Assembly: GCF_003918875.1 (NCBI RefSeq) | Contig: NW_025767168.1 | Span: forward strand, 868,001-932,000 | Direction: 5' to 3' | Origin: Haliotis rubra | Taxonomy: Eukaryota | Length of the DNA stretch: 64,000 nt | Shown: in pieces, positions 39,096-52,605 of the stretch | Numbering within the stretch: the stretch's first letter is position 1 | Layout of the letters: every line of letters begins with the position of its first letter | Made by a program: the position numbers and the translations under genes | Notes under the pieces: generated by a model | The model's input: the letters and a program-made list of their open reading frames with translations, nothing else | Told to the model about the DNA's origin: nothing | Databases searched by the model: none

Positions 39096-42000
39096 AAAAT
39101 GAATTTAGGTTTTAGGTCGGATAGTTTCAATGGTTTCATACAAGGTCTGATTTGCTGTTGTATCTATGTTTATGTTTCTGAAATGAACCGGTTGTCAACA
39201 AAAGCCGTGCCACTTTGCTTGGTAGTGTAAACTTTTGAAAACTGGTTTCTATTCAATACAATCCATAAATTCGGGTTCCCGTGACACAGCAAGTTTCCAA
39301 TGGCGACAGATGACATCACAAGGACATATGTCAGATGTGACATAGATTCAGCTGGGACGTTTCCGGTCCAGCTCCCCCGAACCCCCTTTACAGACAACAG
39401 GCGATTTTACAGATAAAGACAATTTCATGCAGTGGTGAATTTCATTTGGAAAGGAAACGACTGTGGACCCCCAAAAGAAAAGTGATCATTCTGAGTGGAC
39501 CGTCTGATGCACAGCATTTCATACCCGGGCGATCACAGAAATATCACTCTTAAATCATTGCTTTTAACACATATTCAATGACCTGTGAAAACCAGGGCAG
39601 GCGTCAAGTTTTCCTTAAATCATATTTACATGTTATTTGTGACGTATATTACCATATACTCCCTCAACCACCTCGTAGCTGGAACAGCCCGGAAAATTGA
39701 ACGCATGCAACTATCCTACCGTTAGTTACTATCTACTGACTGAGAGGGTTGACGTCACTACAACATTCAGTGATATTATAGCTATTGCATGGCTGCTTGC
39801 AAAAATACAGATCTTGCTTAGGTGGTGGGGTAGCCTAGTGGTTAACATGACGTTCGATACCCCACTTGGGTACGATAAGAGACCCATTTCCGGTGTCCCC
39901 TACCGTGAAAGCGGATTCGAACCAACGACTAGCTTTAGATCACTGGACCACCCCAGTCAGTTTAGCCAAGTGGTTAAAGCGTTAGCTCATCACACCGAAA
40001 TTCCGGGTTCACTTATCCACAAGAGTACTTTGCGTGAAGGGCATGTCTTAAAGAATTTCCTAAAATATTGCCAAAAGCGGCATAAAACCATACTCACACA
40101 CTTTAGGAGCACCCCGCATTCACGTTGAATGTTCGTGAAACAGATTCCTAAGTTTAACCTTCATAAACTGACACATGACCGTACTCGTCTTGCGACCCAA
40201 AAACCGATGCATCTACTGACTCCTCATTGTCTTATGTGAACCCCAGTCTGCCAGTCTTTCAGCCTATTCGTGATTACATCAATACACAGAACAGCAAAAA
40301 CCGAAATCGCCTGACTGAAAATCATTGCACGCGCCTCACGTGTCTGACGTAACACGACCTCGTTATGCGGCCATTACCAGCAAAACAACTCCGCGTTTCA
40401 AAACAGACAAATGACAAAACTCCCTTTCCGAGCATCTCTACACGTCGCACCGTAGTACTGAGCCCTTTCCTGTGTTTTCAGCGTCGTTCTGCAATTATCA
40501 ACTCCTAATTAAATATAATGAAGGCTTTTAGCGTCTCTATCCCTAATGATATCAGCGGACGATAGCACGTGATGCACGCGCAAAATTGATCGTCTCGAAC
40601 GTAGTGAGGAAAGTTGCCACTGTCACATAATGGGTTATTCAAACGATACGCTGTTTGCTCTTAAAATCGTTTATTTAGTTTCATTTAACGATGGGTCATA
40701 ATGCTATGCAGTGGAAGTACATCGCAGACTAAAAGTCAGCGCTAAGAGCGAGAATACAAACGAAGAGTGTTTGATTGGGAGGAAAGCGTAGGATCAAAGC
40801 TAACATCTCCAAGATTGTCCGAGTCAATGAGAGCCAAACGTATGAGCCCCTGTCATATTTCGCGATCACCGATTCGTGTATTGTAGTATCGTATGGAACT
40901 ATTCGCAGTTCCGTGATGGGAAATGGCTCCCAAGTTTTCCGTTCATTTTTATGACGTTCCATTATGTTGAACAAAACCAGGCGTAAATGCCTATTTTCTA
41001 ACTTTTCTAGATGATCGACGTTGATGAAGAGGACAAAAAGAATTACAGAAGCTGTAATGAATTGAATGAATTTTCATCAGCATGTGATGTTAGCATCCCT
41101 AATTATTGAATCAGTCTAAAAAGCATTTGATTGGGCTCGACTGAATACCATTACAAGCGCTTGATATGGTTGGTTCAGTTTTTACGGCTCTGTCATTTGA
41201 ACTTCAAACGAACAGCCGATTCATTTAAAAGTGATTTTACAGCATGTATTGAAATATCATTTCTCAATAGTAAGTGAGAAAGAAATGCCATAAAATCGAA
41301 AATGAGCCTAATTTACTTGCTCCGCCTGTTACTGTCAATGATGGTCACTTGTCCGTGAAATCGCAGAGACAGCCGAGGTCGAGCCAAAATGACCCTGATG
41401 TTAAACATGCTTCAATCAAACTCTCCGGCAAACCATCTGTTGTGGATTTTGACATTAGAAGTATTCTGAGTTTTGATGAATGTGTTTCTTTATGCAGAGA
41501 CTTAAAACTCTTCAGTGTTGATTAATAAAGTGGGAACTGAGATTGTCAGTTTGGCGTTATGATCAGCGCAAGCGTAAATAAACACTAATTGTGGAAATTG
41601 CTGGAAACGAATATATTTATAATGTTTAGTCGTTTTATTCCAGAATTACCGATTCCAGAGATGGGGCAGCTCAGCAGCACAAGTCAAGGGTAGACGGTTA
41701 GCGGTCTGTGTGTGCGTGCGTGCGTGCGTGCGTGCGTGCATGTGTATATGTGAGGGGTTGAAATTTCTGCCTGACGTGTGTTTCTGTTAATTTTCAACAC
41801 GTTTAACAACCTATTTTGTAACAGACAAACTACACTCAGCTATTAAAAAAGATTAAAAGAGAAAAATCAATTTACAGATAAATTTACATTAATCCTGGTG
41901 GGTAAGGGGACGTGTGGCCCTAGTTCATATGTCCTGACCCCCTGTACAGAATGTGGGGTCGAGGATGCAGGGGGTATATACACAAACAACAAGGTACCTG

Positions 42001-42284
42001 ATTCCGTATTTTAATCGACCATAATGTCGTGTTAATGACCCGGTAGGGGAGACATGACATTATACCCAGTATTATTTCAGGGTCAAAATTAGATTTACAA
42101 CTGTATGACACACCCAAATTTGTCCATGGACTTATTCACTCTTTTAATAAACGTCCGTATGCTGATAATTGGCATATATGGTTACGTCTTAGGTTTCGGT
42201 CAATATACAAGACAAATACAATGAGGATAGGATACATGATAAGTCATACCATCACTCCCCTCGACAGTGCCACTGACCAAACCA

Positions 42285-42365
42285 CTGATTGGTTGGTCAC
42301 CGTCAGCTATTGTCTTCACACTGACCAATCGCAGCCGTGGACGCAAAATACGGACGGATTGGCTA
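42285..42365 (+). promoter_or_regulatory. Triple CCAAT-box (NF-Y) promoter
   Basis: ATTGG 42288, CCAAT 42325, ATTGG 42358 with 33-37 bp spacing, upstream of a UTR-like segment and candidate coding exon. Confidence 0.55.
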
Positions 42366-42843
42366 GGGATGAACACAATAAGGGTGTATGATAATTGTAG
42401 CTCGACTCGTCATATTAATGAGATTTTTCTGAAGGAAACAATTTCAAGCTCGAGTGGTGTTGTGATCCAGAGTAGCTTTGGTGTCTTCTTTGTTGGCGCT
42501 AATCCCTTTTGTGTGGTGATTTACACCGGGGTATTTGGCCACGGGAACTTTCTACAGCTTGTTATGTTTGCCAATCTGGCTAAAACATTTGTTTAGAGTC
42601 TGTGTGTTGGGAAAGGTCTTATGCATTTTACATGAGGGAACTATCCGAGTGTTGAAATCACCTAAGCTTCTTCTTAACGCTGTGGCTTATGATTCGAAAC
42701 ACGTTTTCCCGGCGTCAAATATCACCAGGGCCGTGGGGTAATTTGAAACCAATTTGTCGGTATCTTTTTTAAGAAACCCAGTTAAATCAAGTACAAATAA
42801 TACTCGATTCTAATTTACGAAGTATTTCAAGTAAAAAGAGAAA

Positions 42844-42889
42844 ATGGAAAAGCCCCATGTTTTCATACACGAAGGGCCCAAGGAAGAAG
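42844..42889 (+). CDS. Candidate first coding exon of an unidentified gene: MEKPHVFIHEGPKEE + phase-1 intron
   Basis: aaaATGG start context, open frame to donor AG|GTAAAT, CCAAT promoter ~500 bp upstream. Confidence 0.45.
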
Positions 42890-43529
42890 GTAAATATGTC
42901 ATTGTTAACTCGTATCTGACATGAAAAGCAATTTACAGATTGGTCATGGGTGTTCGACTGAGGTCTTTCATACTGAGCTGTCGCAGGTACATATGTTAGT
43001 GCTAGTGAATAATAGACGTTGGCTCGGCGGTTGTCGTCACCGTGGTTGAACAGACACTAGAAACCATTAACATAATCAGGCAGACAACGTCCTTTCTTAT
43101 ATACTTCCGTTGCTGCATAAAAGGCCTTGCGATTTACTGAACGTGAAGAGATCTAACGTGTTGTGGTCACGGCAACACCAGACTGCTCGGGACGACGCGA
43201 CCTTTGAAACATAGCTATTATTGTGGGATTTACGCATACAGTGCATTTATACTTTATTCCAGATTAGACCTCATAGAGAGTCATTATGGTAAGATTAATT
43301 TCGCTTTTAATAACAGAGAATTCCAGTATCTCACCAGGAAACTTGGTCAAATGAAAATGAATATGTTATCGGGTTGGCAAGGTCAACGTTTTATGGCGTT
43401 ATTGACGTCAAATATATTATGACTGGTTGGCATGAAGTCTTAGGTCGGCTCTTGTGGAGTTGTATTGGTACGTAAAATGCATGTCGGGTTGTATCCGATG
43501 GTACCTTTGTATTTTACGTGTCGCATTAG

Positions 43530-43805
43530 TGTGTGCGACGTCACCTTGGTGTGTGTGACGTCACCTTGGTGTGGGCGACGTCACCTTGGTGTGTGACGTC
43601 ATCTTGGTGTGTGTGAAGTCACCTTGGTGTGGGCGACGTCACCTTGGTGTGTGGACGTCATCTTGCTGTGTGGGACGTCACTGTACGTGTGCGACGTCAC
43701 CTTGGTGTGTGCAACATCTCCGTCGTATGTGTGACGTCACCTTGGCTTGTGCGACGTCACCTTGGCGTGTGCGAAGTGTCGCTAATGTTGACGTTACTTC
43801 GGTGT
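43530..43805. repeat. About 21-bp minisatellite GTGCGACGTCACCTTGGTGT
   Basis: About 12 tandem units. Confidence 0.92.
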
Positions 43806-46604
43806 GCTCCTCGTGTAACAGGAACGTGACGTTGTACCTCGGAGTTTAGTGTTTCCACTCCAGTATGTCGTGTAATTTGTCAAAGAACTGACAACGCTAC
43901 AGAACGATACAATAGTAGTAGACCCATCAAGTCAATATTGTACATTCATCAATTAATCAATACACTCCTCTTGACAGGAGCGAAATCACTATGCGGGTGA
44001 TTTTTATTATTGGGTCGCGGATGGACAGACAACCTATGTTACCATTCCAGTGATTTACTTTTCCTTTTTGTCATAACTCTGAATTATTTAGAAGGAAAAT
44101 AGTCCTTTCGACGACTATGGTGTTATCGTGTAAGTCACGCAACATAGAATTAATATGTTCACTCGGTAACATATATTTTATTCTGTCATAAATATGTGAT
44201 ACGAATATTAGTAATTTAGTCAACCTCAGTGAGTCTGGTCTGCGTCATCTGCCGAAATTAAATACAAACGAAATTGAACGAAGAAATTGGGGCGTGGACT
44301 TTTCTAATCAAAAGGTCATGACACTAATCCATAATTAATTTATCGCCTTACTTCAATGCCGTTGTTTATGATGTCCAGACAAAGGCATGGTCTGTCATGG
44401 TCAATTCCTGCGTACAGATTGCCTTCGTCAACCATTGAGGCGAGAGTTGTCTCCCATCACACGCTCACGCGACATAGGGCCGAGTGTCTCAACGTGTGGG
44501 CACTGAACAAAACGAAGCGAATTTTACGAGACTTTACATTCAATCTACAGTATCGTCAAATCAGGGGGTATTTGAGAACAGATGAAGGAAAGATATGGCC
44601 GCAGCGAATTTCGGGATGTCATTAGAACCGCCATTTGGGACGGATTGGGTGTCGTCTGCTATTGATAGTTTTGGCGGCTGAGGAGAACGTTGGTCAGTCC
44701 GTCTCGGGTTTCTAGTGACCACTTATTAATTACAATACCTACGTGATTGCTGGGGTTATTTACGATAAATAAATACAGGATCTTTACTGCAAGTCCATCT
44801 GTCATTCTAATGGTCACAGCGGCGTTAAGGCCCCAACAATGGGCAATTCAGGAGATGTACGCTGGTCACCGAGAGGGCGTGATGGCTTGGAGATTACTGT
44901 GCCTCCATTACTGTAAGTAGGCTTGTCAGTCGACCATTGACCATTTACAGGGTTTAGGAGCAACAAAACGTGTCCCCTAAGCATTACATCAGCGTTTTCG
45001 AAATACTGCTTACACTGTGACATTGTGAGGCAACGTTACATGCAGTGATACACAATAACATTGCTGTTTGGATCTCTGACTGACTGCGTTTATTGATAGC
45101 CCTTCTATAATGTCACAATCTCATGTTTATGAAGCGTTAGCCAAAATCCCATCTGTGGGTAGCTGGGTTTATGGTTCCTGATTCCGGAAGGACTTACATA
45201 GATGACAGCATGGCAGAACCGACATGATTGCCAGAGGTTGCATCCTCTGTTCCTGTAAATTAATCCTTCAGTGGGTTTGCCATGTCTGTCAGGTATTATT
45301 TTACCCAGTTCCAACGAACAATTGTCCCATTGGTTAAAAATATACACGATTTATTAGACCGATTTAATCAATTCAACAACTCGACAGCCTTAATAAAGCA
45401 AATGTGTGCTTCCTTATGTCATCTCGGGAATATTCATAGGTATGGAATGGTATTTTATGTTGCTGATAACATGCATTATATAAGTTGATAGCCATTGTCT
45501 AAATTCTGCAATCTCGATATGATCAAAAACTCTATTAACAAGAAATCATAAACCTCTGGACTCAGTTGTCGGATCTAACGCGCATGTAAAAGGACGAATG
45601 CATGAATATTGTATGAAATGAATCTGAAATATCGATCACATACAATAAACGACCCTCAAAGAACTCCGACGACGGATTCAATAAACTCGATTATTATTTC
45701 TTCACTCTAAGAATGATCTCAAAGAACAGCTTGTTTGGACTAAAAACGAATACACGTCAGTTTCGACAAAATAAATATTGAATTATTATCCATTTTCTTT
45801 GTAACGACCTGTCGTCTGCGAGACCGAAGACAAAAGCGAAAGCGGAAGTAAAGAGCTACAGAATGGCGGGAAAATCGATATGAAAGTCCTTGTGTATAAT
45901 CTAAGCTATGTTCACATATCGTTCTCAATCATAATTACCCGCTCGAGAGATTTCGCTTGACAGTCCTTTCTTTTCCATGCTTCTGTTAACATGTGTCAAT
46001 TTCGAATTTTAAAACTAATTTTTGATATAAATAACTCCAGATTTCCGTCAAGAAAGTTAATTGACAACGTTATGCGAGGTTTGGAGCATATTAATCATGA
46101 ATGACGTATTTCCCTTGTTCAACTATCAGAGTTATTACTCGAAACCTTAACATAGGAAGATAATGGTACAATGAAAAGATAATAATATAGAACTGGTTAT
46201 GGTTATTCAATATTACCATCCAGAATAATTTAGTTTATTCAAAGAATAATGACTTAGTTTACGGGAAATGTCCAGTGTCAGGATCATTTTTATGTAATCT
46301 GACATCCATCCGCTCATCTATCTAAAACATACCAACGACACTGGAAAACGGTAGGTTCCTATTCCAAAGTACTTAATACAATCTGGTCCATTACCAAATG
46401 TCATTACGGAGCTCCTGGCATTACAGGACACTGATAAACATCACATTCTAGACTAATCTTCAAATGAGCATAATATAGATTAATAGATTAACGTGATCAA
46501 GGTTTATATCACGCATTACGAAAACTAGGCAGTGGCGGGTTAGACAGGAAATATCTTATGATCATGTAATATAACAATCTGGGTCCAGTTTCACAAAGTG
46601 TTTT

Positions 46605-46766
46605 GGGGCGGTTGGGTAGCCTAGTTGTTACAGCGTCCGCTCGCCACGCTGAAGACCTGGGTTCGATTCCCCACATGGGTACAATATGTGAAGCCCATTT
46701 CTGGTGTGCCCCGCCGTGATATTGCTGGAATATTGCTAAAAGCGGCGTAAAACCATACTCACTCAC
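46605..46766 (+). mobile_element. SINE family A, full length
   Basis: Consensus match; TSD TCACAAAGTGT. Confidence 0.95.
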
Positions 46767-46832
46767 TCACAAAGTGTCTCAACTTTGTACCATTAAGTCC
46801 CTGTCTGTCAATAGAGTTCGTCACTCGTAGCA

Positions 46833-47013
46833 TGAGTGAGTTTAGTTTTACTAAGCAATATTTATATATTTATCCTTTTAGCAATATTCCAGCAATATCA
46901 CGGCGGGGCACACCAGAAATAGGCTTCACATATTGTACCCATAAGGGGAATCGAACCCGGGTCTTTGTCGTGACGAGCGAACGCTTTAACCACTAAACTA
47001 CCCCACCGCCCCT
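46833..47013 (-). mobile_element. SINE family A, full length
   Basis: Consensus match on the minus strand. Confidence 0.92.
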
Positions 47014-47504
47014 GGTATCATAAAAAACGCTTCATGTGGTCATGTCATATTTTCTATGGTCATATTTGTTGTACTGAACTTGTTTATTCACTGAGTTCAT
47101 CATAACCACAGCGGGAATAAAGGGAATCTCAAGCAAGTCACTCGTGATTTCAAATATATTAATTGCCTCAGTGAACGCAGGGACCTTCTGGTCAATTATG
47201 GTCCATTAAATGAAAGTCGAATTTCGATAGTATTGCTTCCTATTGAATTAGCACCATTAGTTAACGCCTTGCTTCACGATGGTCCGATGACAACAAATTG
47301 GCATCATTGTAATTAGTCGAAGAGTCAACACAAAGGACGTCAGGCGCTTTGCTCTATCGCCTATCGACGAGAGGAATAAATGGATTGCGGCTATGTAAGT
47401 ATCTTTGTGTATACGTTTTCCTCCAAGCCAACTTCTCTCAGCCCGGAAGCTCTAAACAATGCGCAAATCCCGACGGAAAGTGTCATCTCGGAGGTGCAGA
47501 CGTT

Positions 47505-47770
47505 GGTACACGTGACTTGGACTGTGCATGCAGTAACTGCGCATGTCACGTGCTAGTCACGTGTCCGGACGTTGGCTAAGAAACCCTGTTGTGCTGTTGT
47601 TCACGGTCGTCACTAGTTGCATGGGTTCATTACATTATCTTAAAACTATCCAGAATAATTTGCCATCAAATTTCCGTAAATGCAGGCATCCGGGCAGTGC
47701 ATTCTCTCGTTCCATAGCGCCGTCTGGCGGTGTGCATGTCACGTGACAAGATGGCGCGACACGTGCTGAA
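47505..47770. promoter_or_regulatory. E-box/NRF1/YY1/CTCF motif cluster (enhancer or alternative promoter)
   Basis: CACGTG at 47509, 47547, 47558, 47740, 47760; TGCGCATG 47538; AAGATGGCG 47748; CTCF-like CCGCCAGACGGCGCTA (minus, 47715-47730). Confidence 0.55.
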
Positions 47771-49034
47771 TTATTCATCCCGCACAAAAACAGGAATAGT
47801 TTACAGCTGGCTGGTTCTTTTATTCGCATGGAATTGTTCTGTTTTCAATCGGAGATTGTCCACCCGTGCATCTCATGCACATCGCCTCGAACAATACTTG
47901 ATTAATATTAATCTCTGGTAGCTGAATCGTAGAGCATCTTAATGAAATTGAGAGCTACTCGCTTTGGTGGGTGCGACATTTTGTTTGCAGCGACTTCTAC
48001 GGAATAAATAATTATGTAAATGAAACCTTTTTGTAAGTGAAATAAAATATCAGGTGAACACACCATCCGTGGTGAAAAGATCCTGTTCATAGGTTATGTA
48101 AATTTTGCAAATATATTTTGCAAAATATGTGTGTGTGACAATTAACAAAAAGTAAATCCAATCGACTGGCACACGTTTCCACTACCGGCATTCAATCATA
48201 TTAGAGCAGTCTGTAGTACATTAAACGAACTTTTAGGTGACATCTGCCGCTACGGTTTTCACCATGTCTCTTCATGTCCACATATTCAAATTCGCAATAT
48301 ATAAGATAAAATTAATCCATTAAATATGTATAATGGTTAAATGCTGCAAACATATCTATCCAAGCAGCACAATGAATCGGAAAAAGACAGATACAGATTT
48401 GATTACATTACGTCCAATGATAACCTGGTAAAGGAGAGTTACCCCCCTTTGTTTTGAAAATGCTGTGGCTGATCTGTTTTGCCCCAAGAACCAATCAAAT
48501 TAAAGCCGGGATCTCAAACCGATGAGAACAATAATGAGAGAATGATGATTCTCTCGGCTTGTCTCATTACCAAGTGCTATTTTATGGGCAAGCTCTAAAA
48601 AAAGAATGTGCTTTAATGTATCCCTGGCCGACGGTGAATGCCGTTACGAGCTGCACCCAGATGTTTCCGTCCAGTGACAATCTCGCGAGAGGATCACACA
48701 GCGGCTAACTCCCCGTCTGCCCAACAATAACCGAATGCTATTAACCCTTGGGGGCTAATTACAATTATATTGGGGGAAAGGACCGAAATCGCCTGGTAGC
48801 GTTTTGCACAGGATTATCACTGCCATTGAAACTCATTTGAATTTCTGATGATTGCCATGTGGAAAATGTGCTTACTAAACACGCAATGCATAGGCAATTT
48901 CCATGATGCAATAAAACGCCTACGTTCAGAGGTGATAAACAAGCTCAGTAATATTTTTATCATAACCAATCGTAGAAAACCAATATGCACATTGACGGGA
49001 CCAACAGTACAGAAAACGGGACTATACATAACGG

Positions 49035-49265
49035 AGCAGACACTGATCCACTAATCCTCGTTAGGATGAGAAAGTCACAATAACTTGGTGCGCCTAGTGG
49101 CTGCAAGAGTTGTATACTCCCCAGGGAGTTGAGATTGATAATGCGATGTGCCGTTGAGATTGACATCCAATGATCGAGGGAAAAAATACCAGCGCCTTGA
49201 GCATGCACTAGTGCGTGGATATGTGCGCTATATAAATATCCTATAATAATAATAATAATAATAAT
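49035..49265 (+). mobile_element. 3' part of a SINE with L2-type tail (CORE-SINE-like)
   Basis: gtatactccccagggagttgag...agcgccttgagcat...gcgctatataaat followed by (TAA)n. Confidence 0.7.
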
Positions 49266-49387
49266 CCAGCTACAAATCTCTCTCTGTGTACCATGGCTTT
49301 AATTGCCACAACAGTTGCCTTCAACGTTGAACTTCTGTGATTTAAATCACACAGTTATTCATAAAACCTGTTCTTTACATCATGCAT

Positions 49388-49551
49388 GGGGCGCGGCGTA
49401 GCCGAGTGGTTATAGTGCTCGCTCGTCACGACGAAGACCCGGGTTCGATTCCCACATGGGTACAATATGTGAAGCCCATTTCTGGTGTATCCGCTGTGAT
49501 ATTGCTGGAATATTGCTGAAAGACGCGTAAAAACATACTCACTCACCCACT
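49388..49551 (+). mobile_element. SINE family A
   Basis: Consensus match. Confidence 0.9.
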
Positions 49552-51012
49552 TTCATGTACACAGGTTCAATTTACTGTTTCTCGCGAAGCGAAAGCCTGT
49601 TAGCTGCAGATAATCACTGACATGTCAATAATATTTATATGCAGACCACACTTTGTACGAAGACCGTCCTATTGGGCTGATTCACATCTTTCTGTACGCC
49701 ATGTTGGAGAAATTAAGTTCAATCATGATAATATATACGTACGAAAATTCAGTGCCCATTATTTCGACTGAATGAGCCGATTGATATCATTGACCGATTC
49801 GTTTATGCTGGCCAATTAATCAACTCTCCTAGCATCACCCCGGTCGTGTATACACATGAAAATTGTGTTTTGTTTGTAAAAGTTACCTGATATATGCAAA
49901 CACCCAATTAGGTTGTACATCCGACGTGCCGGAACTGACGTCACGTATACAGCTTTGTCAATGTGTACTCGGCGATGGGCTTATCTCTCTCTCAATACTG
50001 TTTGTATGACAACTATAAACAACTTATGTCGTTTCAGCCTATCGTATTTGCATTCAAATCGATCCCGATAAGCAAATACGCTGGCTCTCTCGTGGCAAGT
50101 TAGTTGAAAAGGTTAAAAATTGACAACAGACAGATTTACATTAATTCGTGGCCCCTCGAGTGTAATTCTAGCAGTAAAGTATAAACACAAGGCGCAATAC
50201 TGTGTACTTTGCGTCGCCATGTCAATATTTGGAAGGCTGTTGAGTGGATTGGGCAAATACAAACGTATCAAAGATTGGTCGCTCCTGACAAACAGGACTA
50301 GAAATATGATCAATATCTCCAGTAAATGCTTCTATTATGAGGCAGATAGCACGCGCAGTTTGACAAACATTGGTTAATCTTATCACATTGATTAAAGAAA
50401 GGTAATAGCAGGGGGAAAACCGTGAGCATCACTTCAGGTTTTTGATGAATGGTCATGTCATACAGAGCTGAAGGAGGCCCCAAATGGTTTCTTCTCATTA
50501 ACTAGTTTTAGGAATTTACAGGGTATCCTCTCTGAATAATAAATACAGCCTCTAGTTATTACCCGTTTATTTTCGTTTGCTCCCTTCAATCTTTAAGTGA
50601 CCTCCCACACGCTACTCGCTATTATACAGTTCGATTTTCTAGACAAGACGCGGGTGAGTTCAATAAGAATATCGACGAACCATAAGTTGAGGTGACTAAC
50701 GAGAAGGTATCTTGACAGCTCGTGTTATAGATCGTTCGGGGCTCTTCACCAGGAACCGGATTGTATATTGCAAGGCATTGTAAATACACACGGCCATTCA
50801 GTTATATTGTCAGTTACCTGTCAATGGCAATCCAGGAAGGGGGCTTGCAAACATACCCTCAATACAAACAGGTCTGTGATAGCTCACGTTTGTGATCGAT
50901 ATCTTTCAGGTGGTATTCTGAAGACGTTTTAACTTCCTCAAACCAGAAGGAAAGGTTTCACAGAAGCTGTTTAGATCATTGTGAGTCATGATTAACCAAC
51001 CGCGACATTGTT

Positions 51013-51130
51013 TACATGAAACGTTTTGTGGATAACAACTTCCTTTTTATTCATTTTACGACGAAGTTGTTATCCATAAAACGTGTTATGTATTCATGTT
51101 CGTCCAACTTCTAAATGCCTTTGATTGACT
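51013..51130 (+). mobile_element. Second Penelope-like terminal fragment with inversion
   Basis: About 30-bp inverted repeat; gaagttgttatccata...ccaacttctaaatgcct shared with 36890-36941; 13-bp TSD CCGC(G/A)ACATTGTT. Confidence 0.7.
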
Positions 51131-51644
51131 CCGCAACATTGTTGATTGCGATAATGATGAATTGTGTTTTACGCCGCGGCCCCGAATAGACTGATAGTTC
51201 TCTACGGTCTACAAATTATGGGTTTATATCAAAAGCTACGACCGTATGCTAGCGTAATAGTTGTTAAGTCAGACTAACGATTTTAGCGTTATGTGAGTCT
51301 GTGAGTCAATCGTTACGTGCGCAGTGTCCGACGCCACGATCGTTGCTACATAAGTCTGTTGAAGACCCACACCATCATCGTTGCGTTACGACGTCGTAAA
51401 CCCCAACTGGACCCGAGCGTATAAATCGGTACGTAGCTCATACAACCTGATAATCTACGCACAGCTGGAAACTGTGATAATCTGGCTGCATCATCCGTTC
51501 GAACCCTGAACCATGAGGTGAGGTGAAATAGGAGATTATCGTCATGTTGAAATGAAATTATTTATAAACGTGCATACGCATGTGTGCTTATACTACATTC
51601 ATTCAAGACGCGTCTTTAGACGCGGTTTTATTGCTAGCTCGCTG

Positions 51645-52605
51645 AGGCGCGCGCGCGCACGCACACACACACACACACCCTCACACACATATACACAAAA
51701 ACTTTCACACACATCATTTCTCTCTTTCTCCCTCACACACACACACTCTTTACTCGTTCTCTCCCCCCATATACAGACACACACACTCCCTCTTTCACAC
51801 ATACGCTCTTTCTACGGTCTCTCTCCCATGCAAATACAGACACACACACACACTCTCTCTCTCTCTCTGACACACACACACGCACACGTGCAGACACAAT
51901 CTCTTTCACACACACACATACACTCTTAATACGGTCTCTCTCTCCCATGCACATACATACACACACTCTCCCTCTCACACACACGTGCAGACACAATCTC
52001 TTTCACACACACATACACTCCTAATACGGTCTCTCTCTCCCCATGCACATACATACACACACTCTCCCTCTCACACACACGTGCAGACACAATCTCTTTC
52101 ACACACACACACATACACTCCTAATACGGTCTCTCTCTCCCATGCACATACATACACACACTCTCCCTCTCACACACACGTGCAGACACAATCTCTTTCA
52201 CACACACACATACACTCCTAATACGGTCTCTCTCTCCCATGCACATACATACACACACTCTCCCTCTCACACACACGTGCAGACACAATCTCTTTCACAC
52301 ACACACACACACTCCTAATACGGTCTCTCTCTCTCCCATGCACATACATACACACTCTCCCTCTCACACACACGTGCAGACACAATCTCTTTCACACACA
52401 CACACATACACTCCTAATACGGTCTCTCTCTCCCATGCACATACATACACACACTCTCCCTCTCACACACACGTGCAGACACAATCTCTTTCTCTCTCAC
52501 ATACACACACACATTTTACTCGTTCTCTCTCTCTCCTACATACAAACACATACATACACTCTCCCTCTCACACATACACCAACACAACGCACTACACTTA
52601 CACAA
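51645..52605. repeat. Compound (CA)n/(CT)n microsatellite amplified as ~95-bp higher-order units
   Basis: cacgtgcagacacaatctcttt and taatacggtctctctctcccatgc recur about 7 times. Confidence 0.95.

Noticed and set aside
50915-50970. Possible minus-strand Penelope hammerhead (tgaagacgtttt...)
   Set aside because: CUGANGA core and stems cannot be recovered
50971-50994. bantam-like miRNA string ttagatcattgtgagtcatgatt
   Set aside because: Seed mismatch and no pre-miRNA hairpin partner arm
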